In this document: piece after piece, positions 12,337-23,267 of the stretch | Layout of the letters: each line of letters starts with the position of its first letter | How positions within the stretch are numbered: position 1 is the first letter of the stretch | Position numbers and translations under genes: made by a program | The notes under the pieces: generated by a model | Seen by the model: only the letters and a program-made list of their open reading frames with translations | Told to the model about the DNA's origin: nothing | Database searches by the model: none | Sequence record: OR352951.1 | DNA length: 64,000 nucleotides | DNA from: Escherichia phage AV121 | Strand: one strand, 5' to 3'

Positions 12337-14601
12337 TCATAATTTACAGGATGAACAATCTTCAGCTTTTGGAGTTTCTATTTCATAATCATCAGTACCA
12401 GAACCATCGCGGGTATTATGATAATAGAAATTTTTTCCGCCAAAATACCAAAAATACAAAAGGTCATCAATCATTATTGACATTGGAACCTTGCCTTTAG
12501 GGAAGATTTGGGGGTCATAGTATGTATTCGCCGAAGCTGATTGACAAACCCATTTCAGCATAATAGCTACCTGCGTAAGATAAGGTTTATTACCTTTCTT
12601 AGCTAATTTCCATGTATAGTCGTAAAGGTCTATGTTATGCTCAATATTGGGCACGACTTGATTAAAGGAGCCCTCTTTTGATTCTTTAACAGAGACTGGT
12701 CCACGTGGAGGCTCGATACCGTTTGTACTGTTAGAAACTTGGGAAGATGACTCACATGGCATAAGTGCTGATAATGTGCTATTACGGATGCCAAAGAGCT
12801 TAAGGTCTTCCCGCAGCGCCGACCAGTCACAAACGTATTTTGGAGCTGCGATTTGGTCAATCTTTTTATTGTACCAGTCGATAGGTAATTCGCCTCGAGA
12901 CCAACGAGTGTCTGAATAATATTCGCAAGGTCCTTTTTCTTTGGCGAGCTTAATGGATGCTTTAATGAGTCCATACTGTAATCTCTCAAATAGTTCATGT
13001 GTTAAATCATTAGCATCTTCATAAGAAGCAAAGTTACTTGCCAGCCAAGCTGCATAGTTGGTAACACCTACACCGAGGTTACGACGCTTTTTAGCTTTTT
13101 CTGCTTCAGGAACTGGATATCCTTGGTAATCCAACAGATTATCAAGAGCACGAACTTGAACTTCTGCCAATTCATTAATTTTATCTTGGTCTTGCCAGTC
13201 AAAATTATCTAGTACGAATGCAGAGAGAGTACACAATCCAATTTCAGCATCAGGACTATTCACATCATTTGTTGGAATAGCAATTTCACAGCACAAGTTA
13301 CTCTGACGAATAGGTGCCTTTTCACGAATAAACGGAGTATAGTTATTCGTATTATCAATGAACTGTACATAAATTCTTGCTGTTCCTGAGCGTTCAGTCA
13401 TGAGCAATTCAAATAGTTCACGGGCTTTAATACGCTTTTTACGAATATTAGGGTCTTTTTCTGCTGCTTCGTATAATTCACGGAAACGGTCTTGGTCTTT
13501 AAAATAAGAATAATAAAGCTCTCCGCCCATTTCATGGGGACTGAACAAAGTAATGTAATCGTTCTTTCCAAAACGTTCCATCATCAAATCATTCAGTTGA
13601 ACACCATAATCCATATGACGAATGCGGTTTTCTTCTACGCCTTTGTTATTTTTCAAAACAAGAAGATTTTCAACTTCCAAATGCCAAATAGGATAATAAG
13701 CAGTAGCAGCGCCGCCACGAATTCCACCCTGTGAGCATGATTTAACAGCAGTCTGAAAATGTTTCCAAAAAGGAATAACACCAGTATGGCGTACTTCACC
13801 CATGCCAATCTTAGAACCTTCAGCACGAATCATACCAACGTTAATACCAATTCCAGCGCGTTTAGAGATATATTCAACAATTGAAGCAGAAGCCTTATTG
13901 ATAGACTTCAGTGAATCGCCTGCCTCAATAACAACGCATGAACTAAACTGCCGAGTTGGAGTACGGCAACCAGCCATAATAGGAGTTGGTAATGAAATCT
14001 GTCGAGTAGATACCGCTTCATAAAAACGGATAACATGTTTTAATCTATCAACAGGTTCATCTTGATGCAAGGCCATTCCAATAGTCATAAATGCAAACTG
14101 TGGAGTTTCATAAATTTGACCAGTGGTTTTATCTTTAACTAGATATTTTTCTTTTAATTGCATCGCCCCGGAATAAGTAAATTCCATATCCCGTTCGTGC
14201 TTAATTTTTGATTCTAAAAATGTAATTTCTTCTGCTGAATATTTTGACAACAGTTCAGGGTCGTATTTACCTTCATTTACACAGTAAGAAATATGGTCAA
14301 TAAATGAACGCGGTTCATACTGCCCATAAACATGCTTACGAAGAGCGAACATTAGACAACGTGCAGCTACATATTGATAATCAGGCTCTTCGACCGAAAT
14401 AGAATTCGCAGCGGCCTTAATGACAATAGTCTGAATATCATCAGTTGTCATTCCATCACGGAGATAAGATTTAATATTTTCATATAATTCATAAGGATCT
14501 ACTGATGTTCCCTCAGATGCCCAAGATAAAACTTTAATAATTTTTTGCGGGTCAAAGCTCTGAGAAACACCACTACTTTTGATAACATTAATTAATTGCA
14601 T
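12337..14601 (-). CDS. nrdA: ribonucleotide reductase large subunit
   Basis: 754 aa; ATP-cone N-terminus and C-terminal redox-cysteine tail (CSSCKL). Confidence 0.9.
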   Translation of the reverse strand: MQLINVIKSSGVSQSFDPQKIIKVLSWASEGTSVDPYELYENIKSYLRDGMTTDDIQTIVIKAAANSISVEEPDYQYVAARCLMFALRKHVYGQYEPRSFIDHISYCVNEGKYDPELLSKYSAEEITFLESKIKHERDMEFTYSGAMQLKEKYLVKDKTTGQIYETPQFAFMTIGMALHQDEPVDRLKHVIRFYEAVSTRQISLPTPIMAGCRTPTRQFSSCVVIEAGDSLKSINKASASIVEYISKRAGIGINVGMIRAEGSKIGMGEVRHTGVIPFWKHFQTAVKSCSQGGIRGGAATAYYPIWHLEVENLLVLKNNKGVEENRIRHMDYGVQLNDLMMERFGKNDYITLFSPHEMGGELYYSYFKDQDRFRELYEAAEKDPNIRKKRIKARELFELLMTERSGTARIYVQFIDNTNNYTPFIREKAPIRQSNLCCEIAIPTNDVNSPDAEIGLCTLSAFVLDNFDWQDQDKINELAEVQVRALDNLLDYQGYPVPEAEKAKKRRNLGVGVTNYAAWLASNFASYEDANDLTHELFERLQYGLIKASIKLAKEKGPCEYYSDTRWSRGELPIDWYNKKIDQIAAPKYVCDWSALREDLKLFGIRNSTLSALMPCESSSQVSNSTNGIEPPRGPVSVKESKEGSFNQVVPNIEHNIDLYDYTWKLAKKGNKPYLTQVAIMLKWVCQSASANTYYDPQIFPKGKVPMSIMIDDLLYFWYFGGKNFYYHNTRDGSGTDDYEIETPKAEDCSSCKL

Positions 14602-14918
14602 AAGTCCTCAACTTGAAAATCGTCTTTAAACAGTCGGTTAACTATATGAGCTATTATATCACCATGACACGGCTTTGGTTTACATGTGCATCCTAGCCTC
14701 ATTCCACGTAAAGGCTCTAAATGTGCTTTAGTTATTTCTCCGGATTTAATTCGACGTATAAAATCTTTTTTGAATAATTCAATGGCAGCCTCCCGGCTGC
14801 CAGCATCTTTACCGACGTAATTTCCCCAAAATGTACCACGGTGAATATTAACATCAAAGTCGGATTTGTATTTATTCACTACCCGACATAGACGGCCCGC
14901 GCGGTGATAATTCGGCAT
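14592..14918 (-). CDS. hypothetical protein (108 aa) with CxC...CH motif
   Basis: ORF overlapping the nrdA start; motif [14 protein letters not shown]. Confidence 0.45.
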   Translation of the reverse strand: MPNYHRAGRLCRVVNKYKSDFDVNIHRGTFWGNYVGKDAGSREAAIELFKKDFIRRIKSGEITKAHLEPLRGMRLGCTCKPKPCHGDIIAHIVNRLFKDDFQVEDLCN

Positions 14919-15135
14919 ATTGTTTTTCCGTTAAAACAGTAATATCGTAGTAACAGTCAGAAGAAGTTTTAACTGTGGAAATTTTATTATCAAAATACTC
15001 ACGAGTCATTTTATGAGTATAATATTTTTTGCCATAAATGATAATAGGCTGATTTGGTCCTGGAACTTCTAGCTCACTTGGATTAGGAAGTGTAAAAAGA
15101 ACTACACCAGAAGTATCTTTAAATCGTAAAATCAT
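14872..15135 (-). CDS. hypothetical protein (87 aa)
   Basis: ORF between td and nrdA. Confidence 0.4.
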   Translation of the reverse strand: MILRFKDTSGVVLFTLPNPSELEVPGPNQPIIIYGKKYYTHKMTREYFDNKISTVKTSSDCYYDITVLTEKQYAELSPRGPSMSGSE

Positions 15136-15158
15136 AAATCCTCACAATTAAATTAAAA

Positions 15159-15470
15159 TTACACCGCCATTTTTCCTTTCAAGACGCCGTGGGACTGATA
15201 ATCTTTGAGAACGAAATCTTTAGGCCTGAGTTTAAGAATGTATTCCAATTGTTCTTTAGTAGAAAGATAGCGGAATTTATAAGGCAATCCGCCTATTACC
15301 AGTTCACAAAGCTCTTTAGGTTCACGACGCAAAATTTCTTTACATTGTTCTACGTGATTCATATAGATATGAGTATTACCACCGGAAAATATCAAATCTC
15401 CTGGGATAAGATTACACATCTTAGCTACAATATGAACTAACGTAGCATATGATGCAATATTAAATGGAAG
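15159..15470 (-). CDS. td: thymidylate synthase, exon 2
   Basis: Begins LPFNIASYATLVH...; the ATG the track uses is the last three intron nucleotides (...AUAAUG). Confidence 0.85.
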   Translation of the reverse strand, partial: LPFNIASYATLVHIVAKMCNLIPGDLIFSGGNTHIYMNHVEQCKEILRREPKELCELVIGGLPYKFRYLSTKEQLEYILKLRPKDFVLKDYQSHGVLKGKMAV

Positions 15471-16486
15471 CATTATGTTCAGATAAGGTCGTTAATCTTA
15501 CCCCGGAATTATATCCAGCTGCATGTCACCATGCAGATCAGACTATATCTCCAACTTGTTAAAGCAAGTTGTCTATCGTTTCGAGTCACTTGACCCTACT
15601 CCCCAAAGGGATAGTCGTTAGGCATTTATGTAGAACCAATTCCATTTATCAGATTTTACACGATAAGTAACTAATCCAGACGAAATTTTAAAATGTCTAG
15701 CTGCATCTGCTGCACAATCAAAAATAACCCCATCACATGAAATCTTTTTAATATTACTAGGCTTTTTACCTTTCATCTTTTCTGATATTTTAGATTTAGT
15801 TATGTCTGAATGCTTATGATTAAAGAATGAATTATTTTCACCTGAACGATTTCTGCATTTACTACAAGTATAAGCAGAAGTTTGTATGCGAACACCGCAC
15901 TTACAAAACTTATGGGTTTCTGGATTCCAACGCCCGTTTTTACTTCCGGGTTTACTGTAAAGAGCTTTCCGACCATCAGGTCCAAGTTTAAGCATCTTAG
16001 CTTTAACAGTTTCAGAACGTTTCTTAATAATTTCTTCTTTTAATGGATGCGTAGAACATGTATCACCAAACGTTGCGTCAGCAATATTGTATCCATTAAT
16101 TTTAGAATTAAGCTCTTTAATCCAAAAATTTTCTCGTTCAATAATCAAATCTTTCTCATATGGAATTTCTTCCAAAATAGAACATTCAAACACATTACCA
16201 TGTTTGTTAAAAGACCTCTGAAGCTTTATAGAAGAATGGCATCCTTTTTCTAAATCTTTAAAATGCCTCTTCCATCTCTTTTCAAAATCTTTAGCACTTC
16301 CTACATATACTTTATTGTTTAAAGTATTTTTAATCTGATAAATTCCGCTTTTCATAAATACCTCTTTAAATATAGAAGTATTTATTAAAGGGCAGTCCTA
16401 CAATTTAGCACGGGATTGTCTACTAGAGAGGTTCCCCGTTTAGATAGATTACAAGTATAAGTCACCTTATACTCAGGCCTCAATTA
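15471..16486 (-). mobile_element. group I self-splicing intron in td (1016 nt)
   Basis: 5' end TAATTGAGGCCTGAG directly after exon ...TTGGGT; 1016 nt as remembered for the T4 td intron. Confidence 0.85.
15618..16355 (-). CDS. I-TevI: intron-encoded GIY-YIG homing endonuclease I-TevI
   Basis: 245 aa; GIYQIKNTLNNKVYVGSA GIY-YIG module; matches remembered I-TevI. Confidence 0.85.
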   Translation of the reverse strand: MKSGIYQIKNTLNNKVYVGSAKDFEKRWKRHFKDLEKGCHSSIKLQRSFNKHGNVFECSILEEIPYEKDLIIERENFWIKELNSKINGYNIADATFGDTCSTHPLKEEIIKKRSETVKAKMLKLGPDGRKALYSKPGSKNGRWNPETHKFCKCGVRIQTSAYTCSKCRNRSGENNSFFNHKHSDITKSKISEKMKGKKPSNIKKISCDGVIFDCAADAARHFKISSGLVTYRVKSDKWNWFYINA

Positions 16487-17035
16487 ACCCAAGAAAACAT
16501 CTACTGATCGTTGATACCACTGCAAATCCAAATAGCCATTACGCACATTAAACTGATAGAACATATGACAGGGCGGTAATGCCATTTGATTGATTTCAGC
16601 TGGATTCCATGCTGAAACGATTTGACGTCGATCAGTTGGTAATTTTTTAATACGATCAATAGTTTCAACTAATTGATCCACACCGCCGAAATCACGCCAT
16701 TGTTTACCGTATATAGGACCAAGTTCACCACTATGATATCCTAGGTCTTTAGCCTGGTTTTCATAGTTATCGTCCCAAATAGTTTTACCTTGAATAAGAC
16801 TACCATGTGTGCGAAGACGTAAATCATTAACATTGGTAGAACCGGAAATAAACCATAGAAGCTCAGCAATGCATGCATTCCACGCAAGCTTCTTAGTTGT
16901 TACCGCAGGAAAACCTTTAGTTAAATCCCAACGTAATTTAGTACCGAACAAAGCAATTGTTCCTGTGCCTGTTCGGTCATCGGTTTCATAGCCATTTTCA
17001 AAAATGTCTTTAATTAAATCTTGGTATTGTTTCAT
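16487..17035 (-). CDS. td: thymidylate synthase, exon 1
   Basis: 183 codons ending ...QRSVDVFLG; exons total 286 aa as in T4 TS. Confidence 0.85.
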
Positions 17036-17080
17036 TTAGTACCTTATATAAATTATAATACATTTTATGAAGCTAAATAA

Positions 17081-17428
17081 TCAATACGGTTTAGCATCAA
17101 ATTTTCTCTCAATTTCAGGCGTGAAATATAATTCTTTACCGCGTTTGGAAAAGCGACCAATAATATGATAATTATTCTCATCAAACGTGATATTACCAAT
17201 ATCCATAGCTTTCAACCAAATATCGATATTTCTATCCAGCTTTATGTCAAAATTCCAATACGGAGAACTATTACCGAAAATACTGCAAGCGGATTCAGTG
17301 AAACAACTGCTATAAATCTTGTCTTTAGGAACTACTAATTGATAGACACCTTTAATAAACTGAGGACCCTGCCACTTTGGCTGTTTCGCGTCTTTTTCTA
17401 ATAGAATAGGGTAATAATTAAAATTCAT
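17081..17428 (-). CDS. hypothetical protein (115 aa) between frd and td
   Basis: Track ORF starts with GTG; first ATG at 17426-17428. No motif recognised. Confidence 0.45.
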   Translation of the reverse strand: MNFNYYPILLEKDAKQPKWQGPQFIKGVYQLVVPKDKIYSSCFTESACSIFGNSSPYWNFDIKLDRNIDIWLKAMDIGNITFDENNYHIIGRFSKRGKELYFTPEIERKFDAKPY

Positions 17429-17448
17429 ATTTTCCGCCACGCGTTATT

Positions 17449-18275
<827 letters not shown>

Positions 18276-18286
18276 ATCATCTCCAA

Positions 18287-18619
18287 TTAAAAAGGATCAG
18301 GAACGTATCCGCTAGCTTTAATCATTTTAATTAACGTTAACATTCCTTTGTTAACTGCTCGTGAGATTTCATCAAAAGCTTCAGGATTAAAAAGTTCTAA
18401 CACGCCCTTCTGAACTTTTAATTTACAGCCAACAATTTCTTCATCGCCTATAGTAAATTCATTACCACCAATTCCTCCGAAAAACTTAATTACACCAGTT
18501 AACTGTCTTCCACGAGAATATGGGTCGTGTGATAAATTAATATGAGTCACCCCGGGTACAGTTTTAAATTGGCAGCGAATGTTTACTTGGGAAATTCCAG
18601 TTACATGAATATCAGACAT
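18287..18619 (-). CDS. hypothetical protein (110 aa)
   Basis: ORF in frd-32 interval. Confidence 0.4.
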   Translation of the reverse strand: MSDIHVTGISQVNIRCQFKTVPGVTHINLSHDPYSRGRQLTGVIKFFGGIGGNEFTIGDEEIVGCKLKVQKGVLELFNPEAFDEISRAVNKGMLTLIKMIKASGYVPDPF

Positions 18620-18629
18620 AATATTTTCC

Positions 18630-18872
18630 TCAAACAGACTTTTTCACAATTTTCCAATCAGCTTTAAACTGTTCAACGTCAGAATGGTAAATCCAGAATC
18701 CTGCGCTTTCTCCATCCTCATAAAGAGGGCATCCATCACATTCATCTTCCCATCCCATATCACGCAAAAGACGTTCAGCTTTTTCAACAAGTTCAGAATC
18801 TTTACCAATAATATTAAAATACCATTTACCTCTAACTTCTGAATCTTTGATACTCTGACGTTGTAATCTCAT
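18630..18872 (-). CDS. hypothetical protein (80 aa)
   Basis: Track ORF starts with TTG; internal ATG at 18870-18872 has GGAG Shine-Dalgarno. Confidence 0.4.
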   Translation of the reverse strand: MRLQRQSIKDSEVRGKWYFNIIGKDSELVEKAERLLRDMGWEDECDGCPLYEDGESAGFWIYHSDVEQFKADWKIVKKSV

Positions 18873-18929
18873 TTTATTCTCCTTAGTTGATAAGGCTATA
18901 GTATCACTACCATAGCCTGTTGTAAACAA

Positions 18930-19190
18930 TTATTTTTGAATTTTATCGAGCCACTTACCAAGCTTAATCATTTCTTTAGTAGCCTTTTCCATACTTCTGA
19001 ACTTAACCAATAGAGGATAGGTATCGACACCCATAACTAAACTGGTTACAAGACTGTGTTCACCCACAAGCCATAACGAATACGTTTGAATATCGAGCCC
19101 GTAATTTCTGTCTTTGTGGACCCGTACACCCATCACTTCAAATTTCTCACTAGCTTTTTCTACCGCATTCAGGAAATCATCTTTAGTCAT
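18930..19190 (-). CDS. hypothetical protein (86 aa)
   Basis: Track ORF starts with TTG; first ATG at 19188-19190. Confidence 0.4.
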   Translation of the reverse strand: MTKDDFLNAVEKASEKFEVMGVRVHKDRNYGLDIQTYSLWLVGEHSLVTSLVMGVDTYPLLVKFRSMEKATKEMIKLGKWLDKIQK

Positions 19191-19191
19191 A

Positions 19192-19572
19192 TTAGGCCTT
19201 AAAAGTTTTTCGCAAAAGTTCAATGATTTCGTCTACATTGTTTTCATCTACAATGCAGTGAATTTTTGTTACGCCAGAAACCTTGTCTTTGACTTCATCT
19301 TTTTCAGAAGTCGGTTCTTTATACTCACGAAAACAATGAAATTCGTCTTCGCAAATTTCTAAAAGTCTATCTTTGAGGTAAAAATGCTTTCCATTTGCGC
19401 ATTCAATGTGTTTTACTGCTTTATATCCGTTAGCGACGGAAACTTCTTTAACTTCAAACCATCCGCCATTATCTCGAATGGCTTTAACTATTGATGAATT
19501 AGAACGTGGGCTATAATTAATAAATGTATCAATAAGTCTTGGAACAAGTTCATACTTTTTACCAGTATACAT
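19192..19572 (-). CDS. hypothetical protein (126 aa)
   Basis: ORF with ATG start. Confidence 0.4.
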   Translation of the reverse strand: MYTGKKYELVPRLIDTFINYSPRSNSSIVKAIRDNGGWFEVKEVSVANGYKAVKHIECANGKHFYLKDRLLEICEDEFHCFREYKEPTSEKDEVKDKVSGVTKIHCIVDENNVDEIIELLRKTFKA

Positions 19573-19616
19573 TACGGTTTCCTCATTTTGATAGGGGCTT
19601 GATAGCCCCTTGATAA

Positions 19617-19847
19617 TTATTGTTCAATCAGTCCCATGTAAAATTCTGCGTCTTCAGAATCCATGCCATCACAATATTCATTAGCCATAAAGCGGGTGAG
19701 GTCTTCAAGAGGACCTTCAATGACAATAGAAAAATTGCAATAATTGGGATCATCGTGAATACTTGTGATGCTAAGTTCAGGATAACGATTACGAATAATC
19801 TCTTCAATATATTCAAAATCAACGATGTCAATATCAACTTTAGCCAT
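19617..19847 (-). CDS. hypothetical protein (76 aa)
   Basis: Start MAKVDIDIV... with GAGG Shine-Dalgarno; the track's longer ORF reads through promoter and terminator. Confidence 0.45.
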   Translation of the reverse strand: MAKVDIDIVDFEYIEEIIRNRYPELSITSIHDDPNYCNFSIVIEGPLEDLTRFMANEYCDGMDSEDAEFYMGLIEQ

Positions 19848-19888
19848 ATTATTTTCCTCTTTAATCATCAGCAGTATTGCCGATAGTT

Positions 19889-19920
19889 GTATAGTACCAT
19901 GGAAGGACAAGGATGTAAAC
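19889..19920 (-). promoter_or_regulatory. T4-type early promoter
   Basis: + strand tatagtacc...(18 nt)...gtaaac, then ttttgtgaaaaaattttt A/T-rich upstream element. Confidence 0.45.
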
Positions 19921-19943
19921 AGCTTTGTGAAAAAATTTTTGAA

Positions 19944-19971
19944 ATAAAAAAAGGGGACCTCTAGGGTCCCC
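19944..19971 (-). terminator. rho-independent terminator downstream of gene 32
   Basis: ggggacctctagggtcccc hairpin followed on the - strand by a U-run. Confidence 0.6.
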
Positions 19972-19993
19972 AATTAATTAGTAATATAATCTG

Positions 19994-20902
19994 TTAAAGG
20001 TCATTCAAAAGGTCATCCAGGTCCGTGTCATCAGCACTAGATGAACTGTCAGAGCTTGAGCTCATAAAATCATCTTCAGTTTTTGTTTTGAAGTCATCAA
20101 CATTGAATGCATCCAAATCGTCAGCAACTTTATCAGCTTTCTTAGCGGCAGTTGCTGCGGCACCGCCCATCACAGCAGTTCCCATAACTTGACCGAATTT
20201 AGTATTCAGTTCTTCAAATGATTTGAATTTATCTTTAGAAGTCATTTCAGAAAGGTCAACCATTTGTTCGAACAGTTCTTTCTGGAAAGATTCATCATCA
20301 ATGTTTGGAATCGCAGATTGATTCAGGAATTTAGATTCGTCGTAGTTACTAAATCCAGAAACTTGTTTAACTTTCAGTACAAAGTTAGCACCTTCCCACG
20401 GACAAGTTACATCAACAGGAGTTTCACCCATTTCAACATCAACCGCAATCATTGCATTGATTTTATCCCAGATTTTCTTACCGAAACGGTATTTAAATAC
20501 TTTACCTTCGTTTTCTGGAGCAGCTGGGTCTTTTACTACAAGAATGTTAGCCCAGTAAGAAGTTTTACGTTTAACAAGACTGTACTCTTTATTGTCAGTG
20601 TTGTACAGATCATTTTTACTAATGTATTGACATACTGGGCAAGAATCGTAATCACCGTGGGTAGATGAACACGTTTCAATATACCATTTGCCATTTTTCT
20701 TGAAACCGTGATTTACAAGAATTGCAAATGGTGCTTGTTCATCATTTTTAGACGGAAGAAAACGAATTACTGCTTGACCGTTACCCGCATTATCGAGTTT
20801 CAGTTTCCACTCGCCTTTATCTTCAGAAGAAAAACCACCTTTATTTCCAGCCAGTTTAGCCATTTGTGCAGCGAGTTCAGCAGTAGATTTACGTTTAAAC
20901 AT
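19994..20902 (-). CDS. 32: single-stranded DNA-binding protein gp32
   Basis: Translation [17 protein letters not shown]...DDLLNDL matches remembered T4 gp32 almost residue for residue. Confidence 0.95.
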   Translation of the reverse strand: MFKRKSTAELAAQMAKLAGNKGGFSSEDKGEWKLKLDNAGNGQAVIRFLPSKNDEQAPFAILVNHGFKKNGKWYIETCSSTHGDYDSCPVCQYISKNDLYNTDNKEYSLVKRKTSYWANILVVKDPAAPENEGKVFKYRFGKKIWDKINAMIAVDVEMGETPVDVTCPWEGANFVLKVKQVSGFSNYDESKFLNQSAIPNIDDESFQKELFEQMVDLSEMTSKDKFKSFEELNTKFGQVMGTAVMGGAAATAAKKADKVADDLDAFNVDDFKTKTEDDFMSSSSDSSSSADDTDLDDLLNDL

Positions 20903-20990
20903 TTTTATTTCCTTTTTAATTTAATTAACAGTTGGTGCTATGACGATGTATGACCTCATAGCTGGTCAATGAGATAATTATAATCTATTT
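20903..20990 (-). promoter_or_regulatory. gene 32 translational operator (5' pseudoknot plus A/U-rich leader)
   Basis: mRNA reads ...TGACCAGCTATGAGGTCATACATCGTCATAGCAC...AATTAAATTAAAAAGGAAATAAAAATG, the known gp32 autoregulatory leader. Confidence 0.7.
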
Positions 20991-21001
20991 ATAATAAGCA
21001 A

Positions 21002-21655
21002 TTAATACTTACAAGATTTCACAGTTTCAATGAAAACATTTTTAGCTTTCTGTGAATCAATATTTAAAATTTTTCTATAAGCCTTTAACTTTATAGAATA
21101 ATTATTCCAGACTAAATTATCAGTCTGTTCATCATGTTTATCAATTATATTTAAAAATGAATCAAGCAAGATAAACGTCTCAAACGAAATTATGTTCGAT
21201 TGCAGAAGTTTAAAAATATAACTTGACTGAACCTTTGGATTATATTCAAAGATTTCTTTAAAAGCAGAAACTTCAACTTTTTTACTAAAATAGTAAATAT
21301 TGCGAATATCTTCTTCAAACTTAAACTTAATTTGCTTTAAGCGTCCGATATATTCACGATAAAACACAAGTGCATCAGCGTCAGAGATGTCACCAATCCA
21401 AGCATCTTGGTTAGCAACCAAATTACTTATAAAGATTAAAGCAAGTTCCTTTAATTTATATTTTTCTGATAACTTCTGGAAAAAATACTTATCCCTTCGC
21501 TTTTGATAAGCGGCATCAGACACCCGCATGCACCAATTATACTTAATTACATCATACTTTCCATTCATATGCTGTTTTATCATTAAGTATAATTTATAAA
21601 CTGATTTACCATCAATGTATCTTTCACCACCAGCAGGCATGCGGAGTTTAATCAT
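21002..21655 (-). CDS. 59: helicase loader gp59
   Basis: 217 aa at the T4 gene 59 position downstream of gene 32. Confidence 0.8.
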   Translation of the reverse strand: MIKLRMPAGGERYIDGKSVYKLYLMIKQHMNGKYDVIKYNWCMRVSDAAYQKRRDKYFFQKLSEKYKLKELALIFISNLVANQDAWIGDISDADALVFYREYIGRLKQIKFKFEEDIRNIYYFSKKVEVSAFKEIFEYNPKVQSSYIFKLLQSNIISFETFILLDSFLNIIDKHDEQTDNLVWNNYSIKLKAYRKILNIDSQKAKNVFIETVKSCKY

Positions 21656-21990
21656 AGCAGAAAATCTAATGTATTAGTTTTTTCACAACGAACAACAGAA
21701 GGACGTAAAAGATTTTCGTCAATAGCTTCTGACTGAATTTTTTCAATTATACCCGAAGGAATAAATTTAGCAAATTGAGTTTCAGGAATAGAGTTTTCTT
21801 CTAAGAATGCTGTTGTAGCTTCAAGATAACTCATTCCAAACTCTTCTACCATTTTTTCAATAATAAATCCATTTTCTTGACGATCAAGAAGCTTTGCTAT
21901 TTCATCCTTTTCTTTCTTGATTGAAAGTTCTTTTTCTGAAAGACCGGTCTCATCGACCGGACGAATGTCATTTAGAGAAAACTGTGTCAT
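21652..21990 (-). CDS. 33: late transcription co-activator gp33
   Basis: 112 aa from the MTQFSLNDIRPV start; matches remembered gp33. Confidence 0.8.
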   Translation of the reverse strand: MTQFSLNDIRPVDETGLSEKELSIKKEKDEIAKLLDRQENGFIIEKMVEEFGMSYLEATTAFLEENSIPETQFAKFIPSGIIEKIQSEAIDENLLRPSVVRCEKTNTLDFLL

Positions 21991-22237
21991 AAAGTTCAAC
22001 TACCTCTTCAGTTTCAGCTTCAAACACATCACGGTTATCTTTATGATACAAAGCTAATAGACGATTAAACATCTTACCATCAACGCCAAGTTCATCTTTG
22101 GCACGAATTCGAATATCTTTAATCAGTTCATTATAACCGGAAATTTTCAGTTTATGATCAGATGCTTCTTTAATAAATTTAGCCAAGTCTTCGCCATGGA
22201 TAGCTTCATCAAATTCAACCATTTCTTTTTTAGCCAT
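21968..22237 (-). CDS. dsbA: dsDNA-binding protein DsbA
   Basis: 89 aa between rnh and gene 33 as in T4. Confidence 0.75.
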   Translation of the reverse strand: MAKKEMVEFDEAIHGEDLAKFIKEASDHKLKISGYNELIKDIRIRAKDELGVDGKMFNRLLALYHKDNRDVFEAETEEVVELYDTVFSK

Positions 22238-22245
22238 TATTCACC

Positions 22246-23163
22246 TCAAAATTCATTAATGCTATTAGTTAATTTAGAAAGACCCGCTTTTACAAAATAT
22301 GAATAAATTTTGCCACGCGGTGGTAATTTATATGAATTATAGTAATTCACAATGTTTGAAGCAATATTATCAGGAATATAATCAAAATCAATTAGAACTA
22401 AATTTTCTTTATAACGATTATATTCAGATTCTGTGAGAAGCACCTTAGCTTGCTCACGGTCATTAGCAATAGCTTCAACGATTGAAGTTTTCATTGAAGG
22501 GGTTCGTTCACCTTCAACTCTGGTAAACCAAAAGTCAGATCGTACTTTAACTGAAGCAACGTTATCCTTTTTGTCGCCTTTAAGGATTTTAGTCATACAG
22601 TCAATTTCAGCAGAACCGCTTTTAATTTTAACCCATTTCTTATGCATCGGTGACCATTGCTTAACATTTGGATATTTGTGAAGCTGTGTAAAGTCACCGT
22701 CCGATGAAATGATTAAAATCTTATGTCCTTCTAAAGAGAACTTTTTAACAAGAACAGCAATGTGGTCATCTGCTTCATACTTATCAATATCCATAACAAT
22801 GTATGGCATATAAGCTTTCAATTCATCTATAACTTTATGACTGGATTCAAAATAACCTTCCCAGTCCCAAGTAGATTCTTCTCGTGCTTTTCCACGGTTT
22901 TTCTTGTAATAGTAAGCGAAATCACGACGCCAGTATCCAGATTTCGCGTTATCAATACATAGTACAATTTTAGTGTATCCAAGCGTTTTTGCTTTTTTGA
23001 CATTAAACTTAATTGAGTTCAATATCAAATGACGAACCATCGATAAATTAATTTTTTCTTTATCTGGGAAGTTTACCAGAGCAGTTGAAAGAGCAATTTG
23101 ACTAAAGTCAATAAAGCAAATTCCTTCTTTGTAATCTTCATCCAGCATCATTTCTAAATCCAT
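22246..23163 (-). CDS. rnh: RNase H (5'-3' exonuclease, FEN family)
   Basis: 305 aa from the MDLEMMLDEDYKEG start. Confidence 0.85.
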   Translation of the reverse strand: MDLEMMLDEDYKEGICFIDFSQIALSTALVNFPDKEKINLSMVRHLILNSIKFNVKKAKTLGYTKIVLCIDNAKSGYWRRDFAYYYKKNRGKAREESTWDWEGYFESSHKVIDELKAYMPYIVMDIDKYEADDHIAVLVKKFSLEGHKILIISSDGDFTQLHKYPNVKQWSPMHKKWVKIKSGSAEIDCMTKILKGDKKDNVASVKVRSDFWFTRVEGERTPSMKTSIVEAIANDREQAKVLLTESEYNRYKENLVLIDFDYIPDNIASNIVNYYNSYKLPPRGKIYSYFVKAGLSKLTNSINEF

Positions 23164-23225
23164 ATGAACCTCGTTCAATTAGTGAGATTTCTATTATATA
23201 CTATCTAAATCTTAAAGTAAACAGG

Positions 23226-23233
23226 TATAAATA
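23226..23233 (+). promoter_or_regulatory. T4 late promoter box TATAAATA upstream of gene 34
   Basis: Exact TATAAATA about 35 nt before the gene 34 ATG. Confidence 0.6.
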
Positions 23234-23267
23234 CTTATTATTGAAAACACAATAGGAGCCCGGGAGA

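Noticed and set aside
12630-12998. 122-aa ORF in an alternative frame within nrdA
   Set aside because: Same strand but out of frame with the conserved 754-aa NrdA reading frame.
15471-15473. ATG treated as an independent start codon for the td exon-2 ORF (and the apparent exon-2 start of nrdB at 10493-10495)
   Set aside because: These ORFs are downstream exons of group I intron-containing genes; the td ATG is the intron's terminal nucleotides and the exon 1 frame joins in-frame after splicing.
17429-17440. N-terminal extensions in the ORF track that begin with GTG or TTG (for example 17440, 1365, 628, 18929, 19223, 39569, 49516, 58073, 63975)
   Set aside because: These extensions run into promoter or terminator sequence; in each case an internal ATG with a Shine-Dalgarno is the more plausible start.
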